Positions 38,336 to 52,214 are shown, counted from the first letter of the stretch. The stretch: 64,000 nt of DNA from Gracilinanus agilis (GCF_016433145.1 NC_058136.1:1566317-1630316); one strand, 5' to 3'. Notes: generated from the sequence alone by a model not told the origin. Made by a program: numbers and translations.

Positions 38336-41300
38336 ATAATATTTAATGAAATGCATTCCCTTCCTTCTCTTGACCGAGCACAGCTTTGAGGGTGGGGATG
38401 TAACATGAATACAATTAAAAACTAGCTGTATAAAATAATGTATTTTTTTATTCTCTTGAAAGAAGTAATTCTCCATAGTGTCAGGAAGAGGACTTTGATA
38501 CTTGCATGTACTGCCCAAATAATGTAAAGTTAGATGGACAGTGAATATTCTATGGGAGGACAACCTTGGCTAATGGCAAAAGTAAGAAATTTGAGGAGCA
38601 AGGATATTATGATGCCTTGCCCTTGACTTTGACTACTTAGCATCACTTGTGAGAGAAGGAAATTGGAACTGTAAAATGACCTGTGTTTTACTATGAAATT
38701 TGCTGAATAATTTACCTTTATAATAATAAAAATCAAGTCTATACTACTCCTTAAAGTAACATACTTTAATTCTTCTATTATGATATAATTCACTTTTTCT
38801 AATTTTGGTAAAGATGTATTAATATGGGAGAGGTTTTTGTTGTTGCTATTGCCATATATCTTAAATAGGTATAAAAAACCAAACAAACAATAGCAATAGG
38901 ACGATGAAGGAAAAGCTCCCCAGATAAGCTCCTACATTAACTATCAGTTTAGCACCAGAATATTTAGCACCAAAATGTGGTCTGATTGTTTATAATAATC
39001 ACAATTACTATCATAAAGAAACCAAAATCTAACAGAAATGCCGTACTGCTCTAAATGAAATTTTAGCACCATTTCCCACCAAACTGTTAGGGATTCAGTA
39101 TCTGTAATTGACCCTTCATAGACCAATGCTTAGATTCCACTAACAGATTTTTCAAATCTCTTCAACGTTGTCATGAATCCAGTTTCTTTCTCCCTGAACA
39201 GTTTAGCACATAAAGGCTCTCATTCAAGCCAAGACTTGCATCCTAAAAATCTAGAAATAAGGTTTGTTAGACAGTGTACAACATTAGACCAGATTCTAAG
39301 CCCTTCCTAATGTAATAACAATTCATAACAGACCAGTTAGGCTAGGTATATACATGCAAATGATCTGGCTAGTTCATTTAAGTAATAAATGTGACATGCT
39401 AGCCACTGTCCACATGCAAATTACTCAAAATGAGGACCCAGAATATAGGTTTAATTCAATAATCTGTATGTTAGGCCCAACAACAAGGCTAGATCAGTAG
39501 ATTACAGTACTGGAAATCAAAATATATTGCTTTGAGGCTAATCATCTGAGTCATTTATATGCATGGAACCTTTCATACCATTTTGCCCACTCTGTTACAG
39601 AGCTGAATGAGACCCTAAGCAAATTTTGTACCTAGACTAAGCTCATCGTATATCAGCTAAATTGCTGAGCAGCACAAACTGACCCTGGAAGAAATATTAC
39701 TTATTGCCACAAAACAGAGAGCCAGACATAATACTCTGCAACATCTACCAAAGCAAGAGTACAGCCACCTGAAATATTGTGGTTCTGTCTACACAGTACC
39801 CAAACAACTATCTATCCTTGGGGAAATTTACTCTTTAAGTGATAACAGCAAAAGCCAATGAAGTCCTACCGATTCCTTGCAGTTGTATAAACGAAAGAAC
39901 CTAATGATTGATTCACTTTTTTATCTTTTTTTTTTTTGGTTTAATATACTATTACAGACATGCCATCTATAATTCCAAGGTGGCAAACAATGTTCAGTAA
40001 ACTATGAATACCCATTATTCTTTTTTGAGTGAAATATTTTCAAATGAAAATCTTAATGCTTGCTACAGATTTAATAATACAAAGCTGCTTTTATGAAATA
40101 GCTTATACCCAGTGTGATATAATATGCTGATATATTTATTCCAGCACCATTGTTGTGAATTGCAAAAATAATACATATTATATAATTATACATATATATA
40201 TACACACACACATTTTATTGCTACCAGCATACTTTCATTAGCTTGAGCCCTGGAAAATAATATATTTCACACGGGCACTTTATATTACTAATTTCTTTAA
40301 CAGTTTCAATAACATATTATCTGTTATACTATTTTCAGTGGTGTTACTAAATTATAAATTAGTTTACAGTTCAAGTTGTTTTTGGAAAACGTCACTCTGT
40401 GAGTGCAATTTCAAAATGCATAGCCCATATTCATTAGCCTAATAGATCTGACAAATAATGTAATTGTTCTAATGAACCTATAGTCTAAAATTTATGACCT
40501 TTTCTCAGTCTTTACAAAGGCTTTGTAGATGTCATGATTCTAATTATTACTGTTTCTGAATTCCCAAATGTGTATTCATTAATATTTAAGATGAACCTTC
40601 TCATTTTAATAGACATTAAAGTTATTGTCTATTGTTGCATCTTAGTTAACAAAATCTCTTTTAAAATGGTATTACTACCCTCCCAGGGAACTATGAAATA
40701 GGCACCAAAGATTATCATTATTGCTTTACAAAGTAAAAGTAAAGTATAAAAAGATTATATATCTTTCCTCAATCAAATATATAGAGTAACTGCTCCCATG
40801 AAAAGTGTATTAAAGTTTTACTGTAATCATATTTAGATAATATGTTGAACTTTAATTCACAAAATAGGTTGATTCATTTACCCTAGGCACAATTATAAAG
40901 TTGGCAAAGTTATTTTTGGAAGTCTTATGCTTCCCCCTTTGAAAATATTCTAACTATAGTCTCTACATTCAAAATGTCTCCAAACAATCAGGGTATCCAA
41001 CTGAAACTCCCCAAATTACTTTATCCTCTTTTCAGGACCCTATGCTTGAGATATTATTCATCCTTCTCTCAGATCCTTCATAAACTCCTACTATTCCTGT
41101 GTCCCAGTTCTCTTAGAGTTCTGTTTTCTAAGGGGTTAATCATATGCTCTAATTAACTAGGTACTAAAAAAGACATGAACAGGTGCTAATCTTCTCTTCC
41201 CATTTCACAAATTTACATTTTAATAATTGTCCGAAATTTTCAGCATCTTTCAAATCCCACTGCTTCAGCCATCACACATCACATCATACAATGCCCAGTC

Positions 41301-42099
41301 TACAAGTCTGTGCAGCATTAATGATAGTGTTATTACAGGAAACAGAAGGGTAGAAATGAACTTGCCCAGGGCCCCACAGGAAGTCAATGCTTAAACATAG
41401 GAATGCAAATCACCATATCACATTGCTTTTTTGATTTTTTTAAAAAAGTCTGAGTTAATTGCTGCTAAGAAGTAATTGGGAAAACCTATCTTTTGTGTAC
41501 CAAATGAAACCAAATCCCTTCAGGATTTAACTTTTTCACCTTTCTGACAGAAATGAATTCATTCTGTGAACGGCTGAGTGCCATTTTGGGAGATTTCCTA
41601 ATAGGGCCCCATAATAAAGTAATCCTGAAAATGTCCTTCATCTTACACACTTTAAAATCAGAGGGAAACACTTTTCTATTTCAATATTAAATTATATGTT
41701 TTCATATGATACATCACACCATAAATTATTTTTCATTTTGGTAAAAGATTGATCTTATTCTTAAATGATGCTCTAAGGAAAAATATTTTTGAACTCAAAT
41801 TGTTATTCAGTCTTTTTTAAAGCAATCGTATCATTTACATGAGGAATTATGTTGGGTTTTTTTTCCAAATAATTTGTCCTTATTCCCTTTCAGAATTGGG
41901 GAATTATTAATGAACACTTTTTACTTCCCAGGGGATCAAATAAATTTGTTATACAAAAACTAATTTATACAAATGAATAATACCAAATGATAAACGATTA
42001 CCATAAAAATTTTGCATAATATGTGCAAAATTCAGTTTACAAGCTTTGATATTCCAGAAGACCATTCTACTGAATAAAAAAAGGGGGGTAAATCTTATT

Positions 42100-42235
42100 T
42101 TACTTAAACCAATATAAATAATTTGATGTTACTCCTGGAAAACAAAGGTTGTCAGTACAAGATCCTCCATAAGTAGGAGGGCAAGCTGAGCATGGCACTC
42201 CCACTTTGTATGGTGCTTCTCCAATCCAGTTTCCC
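42100..42235 (-). CDS. PI15: PI15 (peptidase inhibitor 15, CAP/CRISP family) last coding exon
   Basis: Acceptor ttttatcttcctcctag|G, then [47 protein letters not shown]. Its phase matches the upstream donor (AA|G = Lys). Confidence 0.98.
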
Positions 42236-42424
42236 CTAGGAGGAAGATAAAAAGAAAATAAATTTTTAGTATTTATGATATAGTTTGAAAAATAAGCCAT
42301 CTACACATAAATGCAGAAAAAACTAACTTTATTAAAGAGCATGGCTATTTTCCTATTTTGTATATGCAAGAATAGACACTGAGCTAAAATTTTGTTGCCT
42401 TTGGAAAGGATTTGGCTTGTGCTT

Positions 42425-43760
42425 ATTCAAAAACAAGAAGTTATTAGGCTCTTACTATGTGCTAGTTATTGTGATAAGAGCCAGGAATAGGAAGACAAGC
42501 AAAAACATTATCTTCCCTCGGGTATCTCACAGGAGACAAGGTACAAATTACTATGGAGATTTATACATATAAGCTGAAGATGATCTCAGAGGGAAAGTAC
42601 TACTCAGAGAGGGACAGGGAAAGGTTCCTGGCAGAATGTAGGATTTGAACTGAGACTTGATGGAAGCCAAAGATGCCAACAAGCAAAGACAAAGAAGGGC
42701 AAATGCCACTGATTGAGGACAGTAAATAAATAGGCAAGTATTTGAGAGACAGTATCCTAATTGAACAGAGAGGAAGATAGTTCCACTGAGCCACAGATTA
42801 TGCAGTAGATTATAAAACATCAGAAGACTGGAAGATCGGGAGAAGCCACAACCTTGATTTTAAATTTAATCCTGAAGGAAACAGGCAGCCATGGGAGTTT
42901 ACTGAATAGAAGAGTAACATGGTTAGATTAGAGTAACACTGACAGCTGAGTGGAAGACAGACCTGAGCGGCATGAGATGAAGCAGAGAGACCAACCAGAA
43001 AGTTGTGATTTTACAGGCATCAGGTAATGAGAGCCTATGTGAGAGTAGAATTAGAAGGACCTGACAAAAAACTCAAAATGGGTGAGTTTGAGGAATTGAG
43101 ACTGATGGTTAGTTTGCAAACCTGGATGATTTGGAGGATGTAGTAGGGTCCTTAACAAAAGAAAGGGGAAGATTTGGAGGAAGAGATCCTGAGTTTAGCT
43201 TTGTAGCAATTTGAGTTTAAGATGTTTATATGGCTGCCCCATTTTTAGATGTCTAATAAACATTTGGAGATGGGAGATGAACCAGGTCACAAGAAGAGTT
43301 TTGGGGTAAATTGTTATGAGAATCATCATCATAGAAGTAATCATTGAATCAATGGGAGCTGATAAGATTAGTAATGGAGATATTATATATAGAGAAGAGG
43401 GCCCAAGATAGAGCTTTGGGAACCATTCAGGATAAATGAATCATGACAAAGATGTGTCAGAAGAGTTAGTCAGGAAATGAAGAAAAGAACAAAGAGAAAT
43501 CATTGTTACAAAGATTGAAAGTGTATCCAGGAACAGAAGATGATCAAGAGAATATGGTCAACAATGTCAAATGATACAAAGATTAAAAAAAAAGGAATGA
43601 AAATCAAGAATAGGCCATTAGTTTGGCAACTATGAGATCATTGGTAAGCTTGTAAAGAACATCTTCATTTGAGTGATTAAGTAGAAAGCCAGACCTACAG
43701 AGAAAAGAGAAAGTTGAGAGAGAGAAAAAAACAGGGGTGGGGAGCATGGAAGGCACCAAT
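42425..43760 (-). mobile_element. L2 fragment in the last PI15 intron
   Basis: Purine-rich reverse-oriented L2 pattern (cttactatgtgcta...gatttgaactgagacttga...aggcagccatgggagtt...gagatcattggtaa). Boundaries approximate. Confidence 0.6.
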
Positions 43761-45623
43761 TATAGACTAGCGAAGTTGGTGTCATATGTCATATGACTAC
43801 TATTTTGTAGTTAAAAATATCCTAATTTTCTGAAAGAATATCCATTTTTTCTATATGTTATTAGAATAAAATGACTTAAAGCATAAAGAAATATTTCCAT
43901 TGAGATAGTATCAAATAATATTTTCATGAATGGAGAATTTATCACAATGGTTCATAGCCTAGAACTGATTGACTTGTGAGTGAATCACTTGAGTGAAAGC
44001 TATCTGTTCTAAACATGGCATATAAAGCAAATACTAAATGCCACATAATTTTTTTGATATAACGCCTTCTATAAATATTTTCCCCATTATGTTATGCATA
44101 ATTTTCCTACTCTTTTCAGCTTAGAATCTCAGAGTTGATGTTAAGTCCACAATTTCCTTTTGCACATTTACATAATCATAAATAATTGAAACTTATCCAT
44201 TTCTTCGTTTATGTAACACTATGTGGCATAATGAAATGGGCACTAAACTAGGACTAAAGAGATAAGTTTTAGCTTTGAATTTTTCACAATCTCTCTGCCT
44301 GGTGTTGCACCCTCCCTGGATTCCAATTCTCCCTTTTTAAAATGAAGGCAATGAAGTAGGTAACTTCAAAGGTTAGTTATGTGAAGGCTTGATGCAGAAT
44401 AGTCTTCTTGTATTCTTCTGCTCATTGTGCTCATTACTTCAAATGAAGGGACCTTTTCTTATCCCTTTCTAACCCCTATTTACTATGTTCAGAGTAGATA
44501 TTCCTACTATATATTCACAATGACTTTTTCTTTTCATTCAAAGTTTACCTTCAATACTACTTAATCTAGGATAGTAAGTATCCTAGTAAGAGCAGGGCTA
44601 TTTTATATTCCCTTACATGTTAAAAAAATGTAAAGGAAAAGAATGGGAAAAGATAATCCCTCTCTGAAATTCTGTATAATTTCTAATAAATTCTATAATT
44701 TATACTTTACAGTAAAAGGTGACAATCATACAATTCTTAGATGATCCACAACATTAGTTGAATAATTCATACTCGTAATGTGCCATCTTTGTCCAACAAT
44801 CAATAAATCAAAATACTAGTAGATGAACTTAATCATATTCATACTGAGAGCTTCATTAAACATGAAAACAAAATACATAAAGATATATACATATATAAAT
44901 GACAAGATAACATAGTTTTTCCTTAGAGAGGAAAATAAAGGAGTTGACAGAATAAGTTTATTTGTGTGCCAAAAGGCAATGATAAACATCACTTCATGAG
45001 ATATTTAGCCTAGAGAAACCAAGAAATTTGAGGAATGAGAAGCTCCTAGGAGTTAGAAATTAAAATATCAGTGACAACTTTGAAGTGAGCAGTTTTGAGT
45101 TGAATTATAAGGCATAAAGCCATAGTACAAGAAATAAGCCAGAAGAGGTGAAATTAAAGCAATGAAAAGAAATAATGGCTATCAATATCCCTATTTACTA
45201 CCCAAATTTAGCCAGCACATGATTGTTACTTAAAGTAAACCAAAAGATCTCAGAAATTAAGTCAACACATATTTAGTCTCCTTGCTTAGGGAAAAGACAT
45301 GGTCACCAATGGCAACAACAGTTTAGAACATAAACTCCTTTATGAAACATCACGGACAGAAGTGGTAGGAGAATAAAAGCAGCATTCTCCCAAAAAAAAA
45401 ATAAAAATTTTTTACGGGGAAAACAAATCTATAGAAGATTTGTTTTGGTATCTAAAGAAGCTAAATCATGCCAAGAGCATTTATCAAAAAATGTAGATGA
45501 AGGATAAGAAACAGATAAAAAAGGGAAAAGACATACTAATTTTCTTATATTAACCTACTGTTCATCACATATAACTGTATAACAATAGCTAATATTTATA
45601 GAGTGCTTACTATATGCACTATA

Positions 45624-45846
45624 GGCAGCAAAGAATGCCAAGACTGACATCAGAAAGACTCATCTTCCTGAGTTCTAATCTGAACTCAGACACTTAACTA
45701 CCTGTGTGACCCTTTTTGCAAGCCCTTTTTGCCTCAGTTTCCTCATCTATAGAATGAGCTGGAGGAGGAGGACGCAAACTATTCCAATATGTTTGCAAAG
45801 AAAATCCTAGATGGGGTCACAAAGAGTCAGACATTACTGAAACAAT
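45624..45846 (+). mobile_element. MAR1-type SINE
   Basis: cagaaagactcatcttcctgag...gcctcagtttcctcatct...ggggtcacaaagagtcagac. Confidence 0.75.
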
Positions 45847-46323
45847 TAAATGATACCAGTATATGCCAGGATCTGTACTAATGCTTTCTCATTGGGTACT
45901 CATAACAACCCTGAGAGAGAGAGAGGTGCTATTATTATCCAAATTATATAGTTGGAAAAAAAATGAGACCAATAGAAGTTAAGTGACTTGTTCAGGATCA
46001 CATATCTAGTATGTATTGGAGGCAAGATTTGAATTCAGATCTTCCTGACTTCAGGTCCAGACACCTAGCTCCCTCACTCCTTTTTTCTTTTCTTTTCTGG
46101 ATCTAGATTCTTATCATGCCTTTAAGCCCTCTTCTCTTCAATTTTTACATGACTTCTCTTGATAAAATTTGCTTCTATTCGTTCAGTTATCTCTATATAG
46201 ATGATTTTCTGATTTATATATTCTTCCTTTGAGCTTAAATTTTGCATCTCCAATTGTTTATAGATTATTTTGAACTGGATGTCCCATATGCAACTGGAGT
46301 CAAATATGTCAAAAACAAAACTC

Positions 46324-47116
46324 ATGTTCATTCTCAAAAAAAAAAACCCAAATCTTTTTCTTTTCCTTTGCTGAACTTTTCTATTCATTTTGAGGGTACC
46401 CTTCCATTTTAACAGGTTTCCAACTTTGGCACCATTCTTGACTCCTTATTTTAATTGAGCCTAAATATTTAACTAATTGCCAAATCTTGCTTTTACCTTC
46501 ATGAAAATTAAGAAGCAATGGGCAGAATGATGCCTTTGGAGTCAGGGAACATAGGTTCAAATCCTGCCTCTGTCAGTTATTCCCTGTGTGATCTTGAACA
46601 GGCCACTTCATAACTACATATGTCAATTTTCTCACCCGTAACATGAAGAAATTGGACTAAGTGGTTTCTGAAGTTTTTCCAGTTCTAAATTTATGATTCT
46701 ATGATCATCCATGTATATATATATATATANATGTTCATTCTCAAAAAAAAAAACCCAAATCTTTTTCTTTTCCTTTGCTGAACTTTTCTATTCATTTTGA
46801 GGGTACCCTTCCATTTTAACAGGTTTCCAACTTTGGCACCATTCTTGACTCCTTATTTTAATTGAGCCTAAATATTTAACTAATTGCCAAATCTTGCTTT
46901 TACCTTCATGAAAATTAAGAAGCAATGGGCAGAATGATGCCTTTGGAGTCAGGGAACATAGGTTCAAATCCTGCCTCTGTCAGTTATTCCCTGTGTGATC
47001 TTGAACAGGCCACTTCATAACTACATATGTCAATTTTCTCACCCGTAACATGAAGAAATTGGACTAAGTGGTTTCTGAAGTTTTTCCAGTTCTAAATTTA
47101 TGATTCTATGATCATC

Positions 47117-47136
<20 letters not shown>
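46324..47136 (+). repeat. Exact ~406-bp tandem duplication separated by a single N at 46730 (assembly overlap artefact)
   Basis: 46324-46729 is repeated from 46731, and both copies end in a (TA)n run. Confidence 0.9.
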
Positions 47137-47147
<11 letters not shown>

Positions 47148-47151
47148 AAAT

Positions 47152-47180
<29 letters not shown>
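47120..47180. repeat. (TA)n(CA)n compound microsatellite
   Basis: Seen directly in the sequence. Confidence 0.95.
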
Positions 47181-47183
<3 letters not shown>

Positions 47184-49833
47184 CTTCTCTTAACAATCCT
47201 ACTGCCACCACCACCCTTCCTCCCCAGCTCAGGCTTTCTCTGAACTTTGGGGTGCTATGTGTATTATTACAAATACAAATTGGTAGGAAAGGCATTATTA
47301 ATACATATCTGGCTATCCACCAAAAATTTCTTGGAATAAATTTTTTATTTAATTTTTATGTCTTTTAAGTTTCTTTGTAATTGGCCTAATGGAAATTATC
47401 AGTGGGAAATCAATGAATTCTTTTTACTTTTATAATCTTTCCTTAAACATGTTTATTGACATGCACAATAATGGTGAGTAACTTAGTTATATGTCTTCGT
47501 TCTAGCTGGAAGTGTTAGACAACTTGGGTTTGTTTGGGTCATGGTTTGGAAGACAATGACAATGTCATAAATTCTTTCAACATTCTTTTTCTTTAGTCCA
47601 AATGAGAATGGCAACCAGGGGAACTTTTTATCATCTGTTTCTGTTATTAAGTGGGTGTAGTATAAGTAAAACTATTGATGAGTATTAACTGATTTACTAG
47701 TCTAGAGGGAGTAACTAAGGATGATCACATTAGAAAAACTTTGACAAATATCTAAAATTAACTTCAAAATTATTTTTGAAGATGTGGTATGAAGAGGATC
47801 ACATAGCTCATTTTTTTGTTTAATTCAATAAATCAAAAAATATTTAAATATCTCCTATGTGCTAAGCACTATACTAGATGATGTAGATACATAGACAAAA
47901 GTTAGAGGGACCATATCCTAATCCAATCTGTCGGAAAAAAGAAATAATGGGATTTTTTGTTCCTGTAGAGAGGTTTGCCTTGTTATGGAAACAAGCCACC
48001 TGATTTGAGATGGAGTGAAGAAAGAAACAGAAGTAGAAGACAACTGAGTGAAATGTGAGATGAGGAGGAAGAGCTAAGAGTATGACAAAAGGAGGAGTTG
48101 GTGTTTTATGTTAGATATAATATAGGGCCATTTAAGCTTTTTGAGCAAGGGAGGAAAAATTAATTTGGTAGCAGTGTGAAAGATTGGTTGGATAGGAAAC
48201 ACACTAGATACTATTTCTAGAGTTCAGAGAAAAAGAGAAAGGTTTACTTGCAGATAAGTTGAAAGGTCAACATTTTTAAAAAGAGAAACTATCCACATTT
48301 GAAATCTACCTCTTGACCAAATCTCCTTATTTAATCTTCAATGCTCCATTAAAGGAAATGTAATTCTGGAAACTAGTTGAAAGAATAAATGAAGGAGCTA
48401 TCTTTTCAATGTCCTTTATTTTAATAGGAACTATTTTATTATTGATACAAATCAAAAATAATTTCTGGAGATTCTTCCTTGTAAATCTGAAGGAAAGATT
48501 CAACTGCTATAATCACCAGATATTTCAATTTTACAAAGGAAGTTTTATTTTTTTATAATCCACACCAGGATGAAAGATATATAGAAAATTACCTGGACAG
48601 GTCAGTTCTGGATCTCTTGTATATGGCTGTCAATAAAGAGGAGTCTCACATACTATTTGACATGACACTTAACTTTTCAGTGCCCCAGGCAACTCTCTAA
48701 GACAATAAATTATAGGCCTGTGTTAGTAGAGAGACTTCATCTTAATGTTTCCTATGCCAATGAAACTGCAAATTTTGATTTTTTTATAAAGGATTAAATT
48801 GATGAGAATGCTATATAAACCATTCATATTACCAAGTAGTTTGCCTAGTTTAGAGCCTGGAATTCCTGATTAATCCTTCTCTGCCATAAGTGATTTGTAT
48901 GAGAGAAATCTGAAGCTAGGATTGAATAATAGTTTAGATTCTGCTGAATTAAGGCTTTCCCTCCAGCCCCCAACATATATATCCTAACTACTCTAGACAT
49001 TGGGTAAGGGTCTATAGAGAATACAAAGACATACATTCTTCTCATCTTCTCCATGCCTACCCATATAACCCCAAAACCTATATTCCTACTCTATTTCCCA
49101 TCCTGTGGCTAATAATAAATATAGTATTTTGGCCAAGATATGTTTATATTCAAAGAAGGATTTACATTCATGGTGTGAGAATTTATTTTTTATATTCTCT
49201 ATTGATTCTTATATATTAAGGAGAATTACTATGTATTCTGTTTGTGATCTAGGTCAGAGATACCATCCAATCTGCTACCTTTTGCATTTTCCTTGTCCTT
49301 GGGAAACCCAAAGAATGTCTTCCTTTTTAAAAGAGTTTGGTTAATAAATGAAGGGGTCAGTGATTCTTATCTTGTTGCCATGATTATCTACCTTCCAGTT
49401 TAGGGAAGGACTAAGGGGGTTCTGATGGACCACGTCTTAATTAGCTATCACCAATTAAAGATGTCTTGGGATGTTCAAGGGAGAGGATGATTAATGAGCT
49501 CCTAAAAATATATTTATTGGGCTGCCTCTCCTAGCTCAGATCATCTCTGGTCATGAGAGACAACCATGGAGACCTATATTACTTTCTCAGTTATGATGCT
49601 GGCCTAACTGATAAACCTGATATAATCAACATACTTATATTCTTACTCAAAAATCCATCTTTCAAGATAATGTTAGATATAATAGTGGTCAATAGAAAAT
49701 CACTCCTTTTTCACAAAGTGCAGGCATATCTCCTGTAATGGCCAAACAAGGCCTGGGTATAGCAGGATTAGGACAGGTGACTAACAATAAATGAGAATTT
49801 GTAAAGTGTATTAAATATAAGTTAAACACTTAC

Positions 49834-49949
49834 TTGGGGGCATAGTTGCATACTAAGTAAATTGCTCGTCGCCACACAGCTCCCCAAACATTCATGTTCT
49901 GACAGGTATGGATTGCACAGCCGATCCGATTAGAAGTAGCCCAGACCAT
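49834..49949 (-). CDS. PI15: PI15 penultimate coding exon, 116 nt
   Basis: tatttatttag|ATG, encoding [39 protein letters not shown], donor AA|GTAAGT. Contains the CAP signature elements VWA..GCA and LVCNY. Confidence 0.98.
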
Positions 49950-50081
49950 CTAAATAAATAATTATTCTTTTGTTGAAGTCTAAGAGCCAATAATATATAT
50001 ATATATACATATATATATAAAACACCATAAAAATAGAAAGCATATTTTATAATTGAATTAAAAATTAAGATAACTGATTAC

Positions 50082-50214
50082 CTGTGTATAGTGAGTACAC
50101 ATTGGTCCATAGCATCTCATAGGACATCTGGGGTTGCAGTCTTGAGGATATGGAAAAGCATAGTCTTTTACTTCATCATACCATGGTTTAACTAACTGGA
50201 GAATGGAGCGATAC
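50082..50214 (-). CDS. PI15: PI15 internal coding exon, 133 nt
   Basis: Long polypyrimidine tract ending tttttacatctag|G, encoding (R)[44 protein letters not shown], donor CAG|GTAATC. Contains the CAP HYTQ motif. Confidence 0.98.
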
Positions 50215-51458
50215 CTAGATGTAAAAATAAAAAAAAGAGAGAAATGGAGGTGGAAGTAAGGAAATGAGAGAGGGGGAGAGGGAAAGTTAAGTAAGTGGAG
50301 AGAGAAGGAGAGAGAGAGAGATGGAGAGGGGGCAGTCACTATTAGAACAAGCTATGGATTTGTCACAGATCAGTTTCCTTCAGAAATATATATAGCTTTG
50401 GATCATCTGTGAAAAGGTTAGGGACCTTGAATATCATTTATGATTGATTTAAATCCTTTCCCCTTCCATTACTCTTGCTTCGTGGCCTCCTAGATCACTC
50501 TCAATAGAGCCAAATATGGAAGAACTTGGGTCTAAAGTATTCATAGTTTCTCCTCCGTGGGGTTGATAGTCTTTCAAAGACAAACTTTATTTTTTAATTT
50601 GCTTTTATGTTATTTTTCCTTTAGTATTGTTATTTTTCCTTTAGTATTCAAGAATTATCTACACAGTCTTAGACACTTAGGTGGATCAATGATCCCAAAA
50701 TAGTGCTCATATTTTCTTCACTGGTATAGCTCTTTCCACATCTTGTTCTTTGTGAATTTTTTTCCATGTCTTTCCATAAATTATCTAATAAGGATTTACC
50801 TAAATGATCTGTTTATCTTCTTTTGGTTCATTTAATATCTCAGCAGTACCAATGCAACACTTGAAAGGTCTGTTACAACTCACTCTTTCTATATGACGAC
50901 ATTCATGTTGCTAATAATAAAGTGGGCTGCCTGGAAATAGTCTGGAAATGGTCTAGTCTTCATTGGAGGTCCTCAAGGAGAAGACTGGCTGACCTCTTGT
51001 CCGGAATTTTATAGCAGTTATTACTTTTGGGTTTCAGTTAAATTGGATAGCCACTGAAGTCCATCCTTTCCAACTCTAAATAACACATAGAAGAGGGGAC
51101 TGGAGTTGGAATCAGAAAAAACATGAGTTTCATTGGGTCACTAACTTTCAGTTGATGAACCTCTCAAAACGTGTTAAGATGATTCTAAGACAATGGAAAC
51201 AGTCTGCTAATGGAGCTCTAGTTGGAGTCTTTCCAGCATGGTTAAATCAGCCAGAACTTGGCACTGGAAAGGCATTATCTTTGAGATCCTAGTCTCCTCA
51301 TCTCCAAATCCTGATGAGACATGGAAATAAGACCTCCATAGGGGAAAGATAGCTAAGTAAATGATTTAAAGTTCTTAGCACATAAAAAAATTAGCACTGC
51401 TAAAACTGAGTTTTTTTTTTCTTTTTTTACATATTCTCAAACTTTAAGTTAAAGATAG

Positions 51459-51958
51459 NNNNNNNNNNNNNNNNNNNNNNNNNNNNNNNNNNNNNNNNNN
51501 NNNNNNNNNNNNNNNNNNNNNNNNNNNNNNNNNNNNNNNNNNNNNNNNNNNNNNNNNNNNNNNNNNNNNNNNNNNNNNNNNNNNNNNNNNNNNNNNNNNN
51601 NNNNNNNNNNNNNNNNNNNNNNNNNNNNNNNNNNNNNNNNNNNNNNNNNNNNNNNNNNNNNNNNNNNNNNNNNNNNNNNNNNNNNNNNNNNNNNNNNNNN
51701 NNNNNNNNNNNNNNNNNNNNNNNNNNNNNNNNNNNNNNNNNNNNNNNNNNNNNNNNNNNNNNNNNNNNNNNNNNNNNNNNNNNNNNNNNNNNNNNNNNNN
51801 NNNNNNNNNNNNNNNNNNNNNNNNNNNNNNNNNNNNNNNNNNNNNNNNNNNNNNNNNNNNNNNNNNNNNNNNNNNNNNNNNNNNNNNNNNNNNNNNNNNN
51901 NNNNNNNNNNNNNNNNNNNNNNNNNNNNNNNNNNNNNNNNNNNNNNNNNNNNNNNNNN
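51459..51958. other. Scaffold gap, exactly 500 N
   Basis: N run of exactly 500. Confidence 0.99.
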
Positions 51959-51961
51959 CTT

Positions 51962-52083
51962 TCTTTTTTTTTAAACCCTTATCTTTCTGTCTTAAAATCA
52001 GTACTGTGTATTGGTTCTAAGGCAGAAGAGTGGTAAGGGCTAGGCAATGGAGTTCAAGTGACTTACCCAGGGTGACACAGCTT
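51962..52083 (-). mobile_element. Truncated didelphid SINE at the contig edge
   Basis: ttttttaaaccctt...aaggcagaagagtggtaagggctaggcaatgg...aagtgactt. Confidence 0.8.
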
Positions 52084-52214
52084 GTTGACAGATTTCCTTG
52101 TCTGTCCTAACATCCTTATGCCAGCCTTGTGGCCTATTGGTCTTGAAAACTTATGTGTTGCTATTTTTGTTTTTTTTTTTGGTTGTGCTGTAATAGGTAG
52201 CTAACCTAGAGGGA

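Larger units (their letters stand above)
35385..42099 (-). other. PI15: Probable long PI15 3'UTR (~6.7 kb)
   Basis: Continuous AT-rich, almost TE-free sequence between the stop codon and the candidate PAS. Human PI15 is recalled to have a multi-kb 3'UTR. The extent is inferred. Confidence 0.55.

Noticed and set aside
42236-42300. N-terminal extension of the ORF-track PI15 last-exon ORF, and likewise 50215-50339
   Set aside because: These are intronic polypyrimidine sequences upstream of canonical acceptors.
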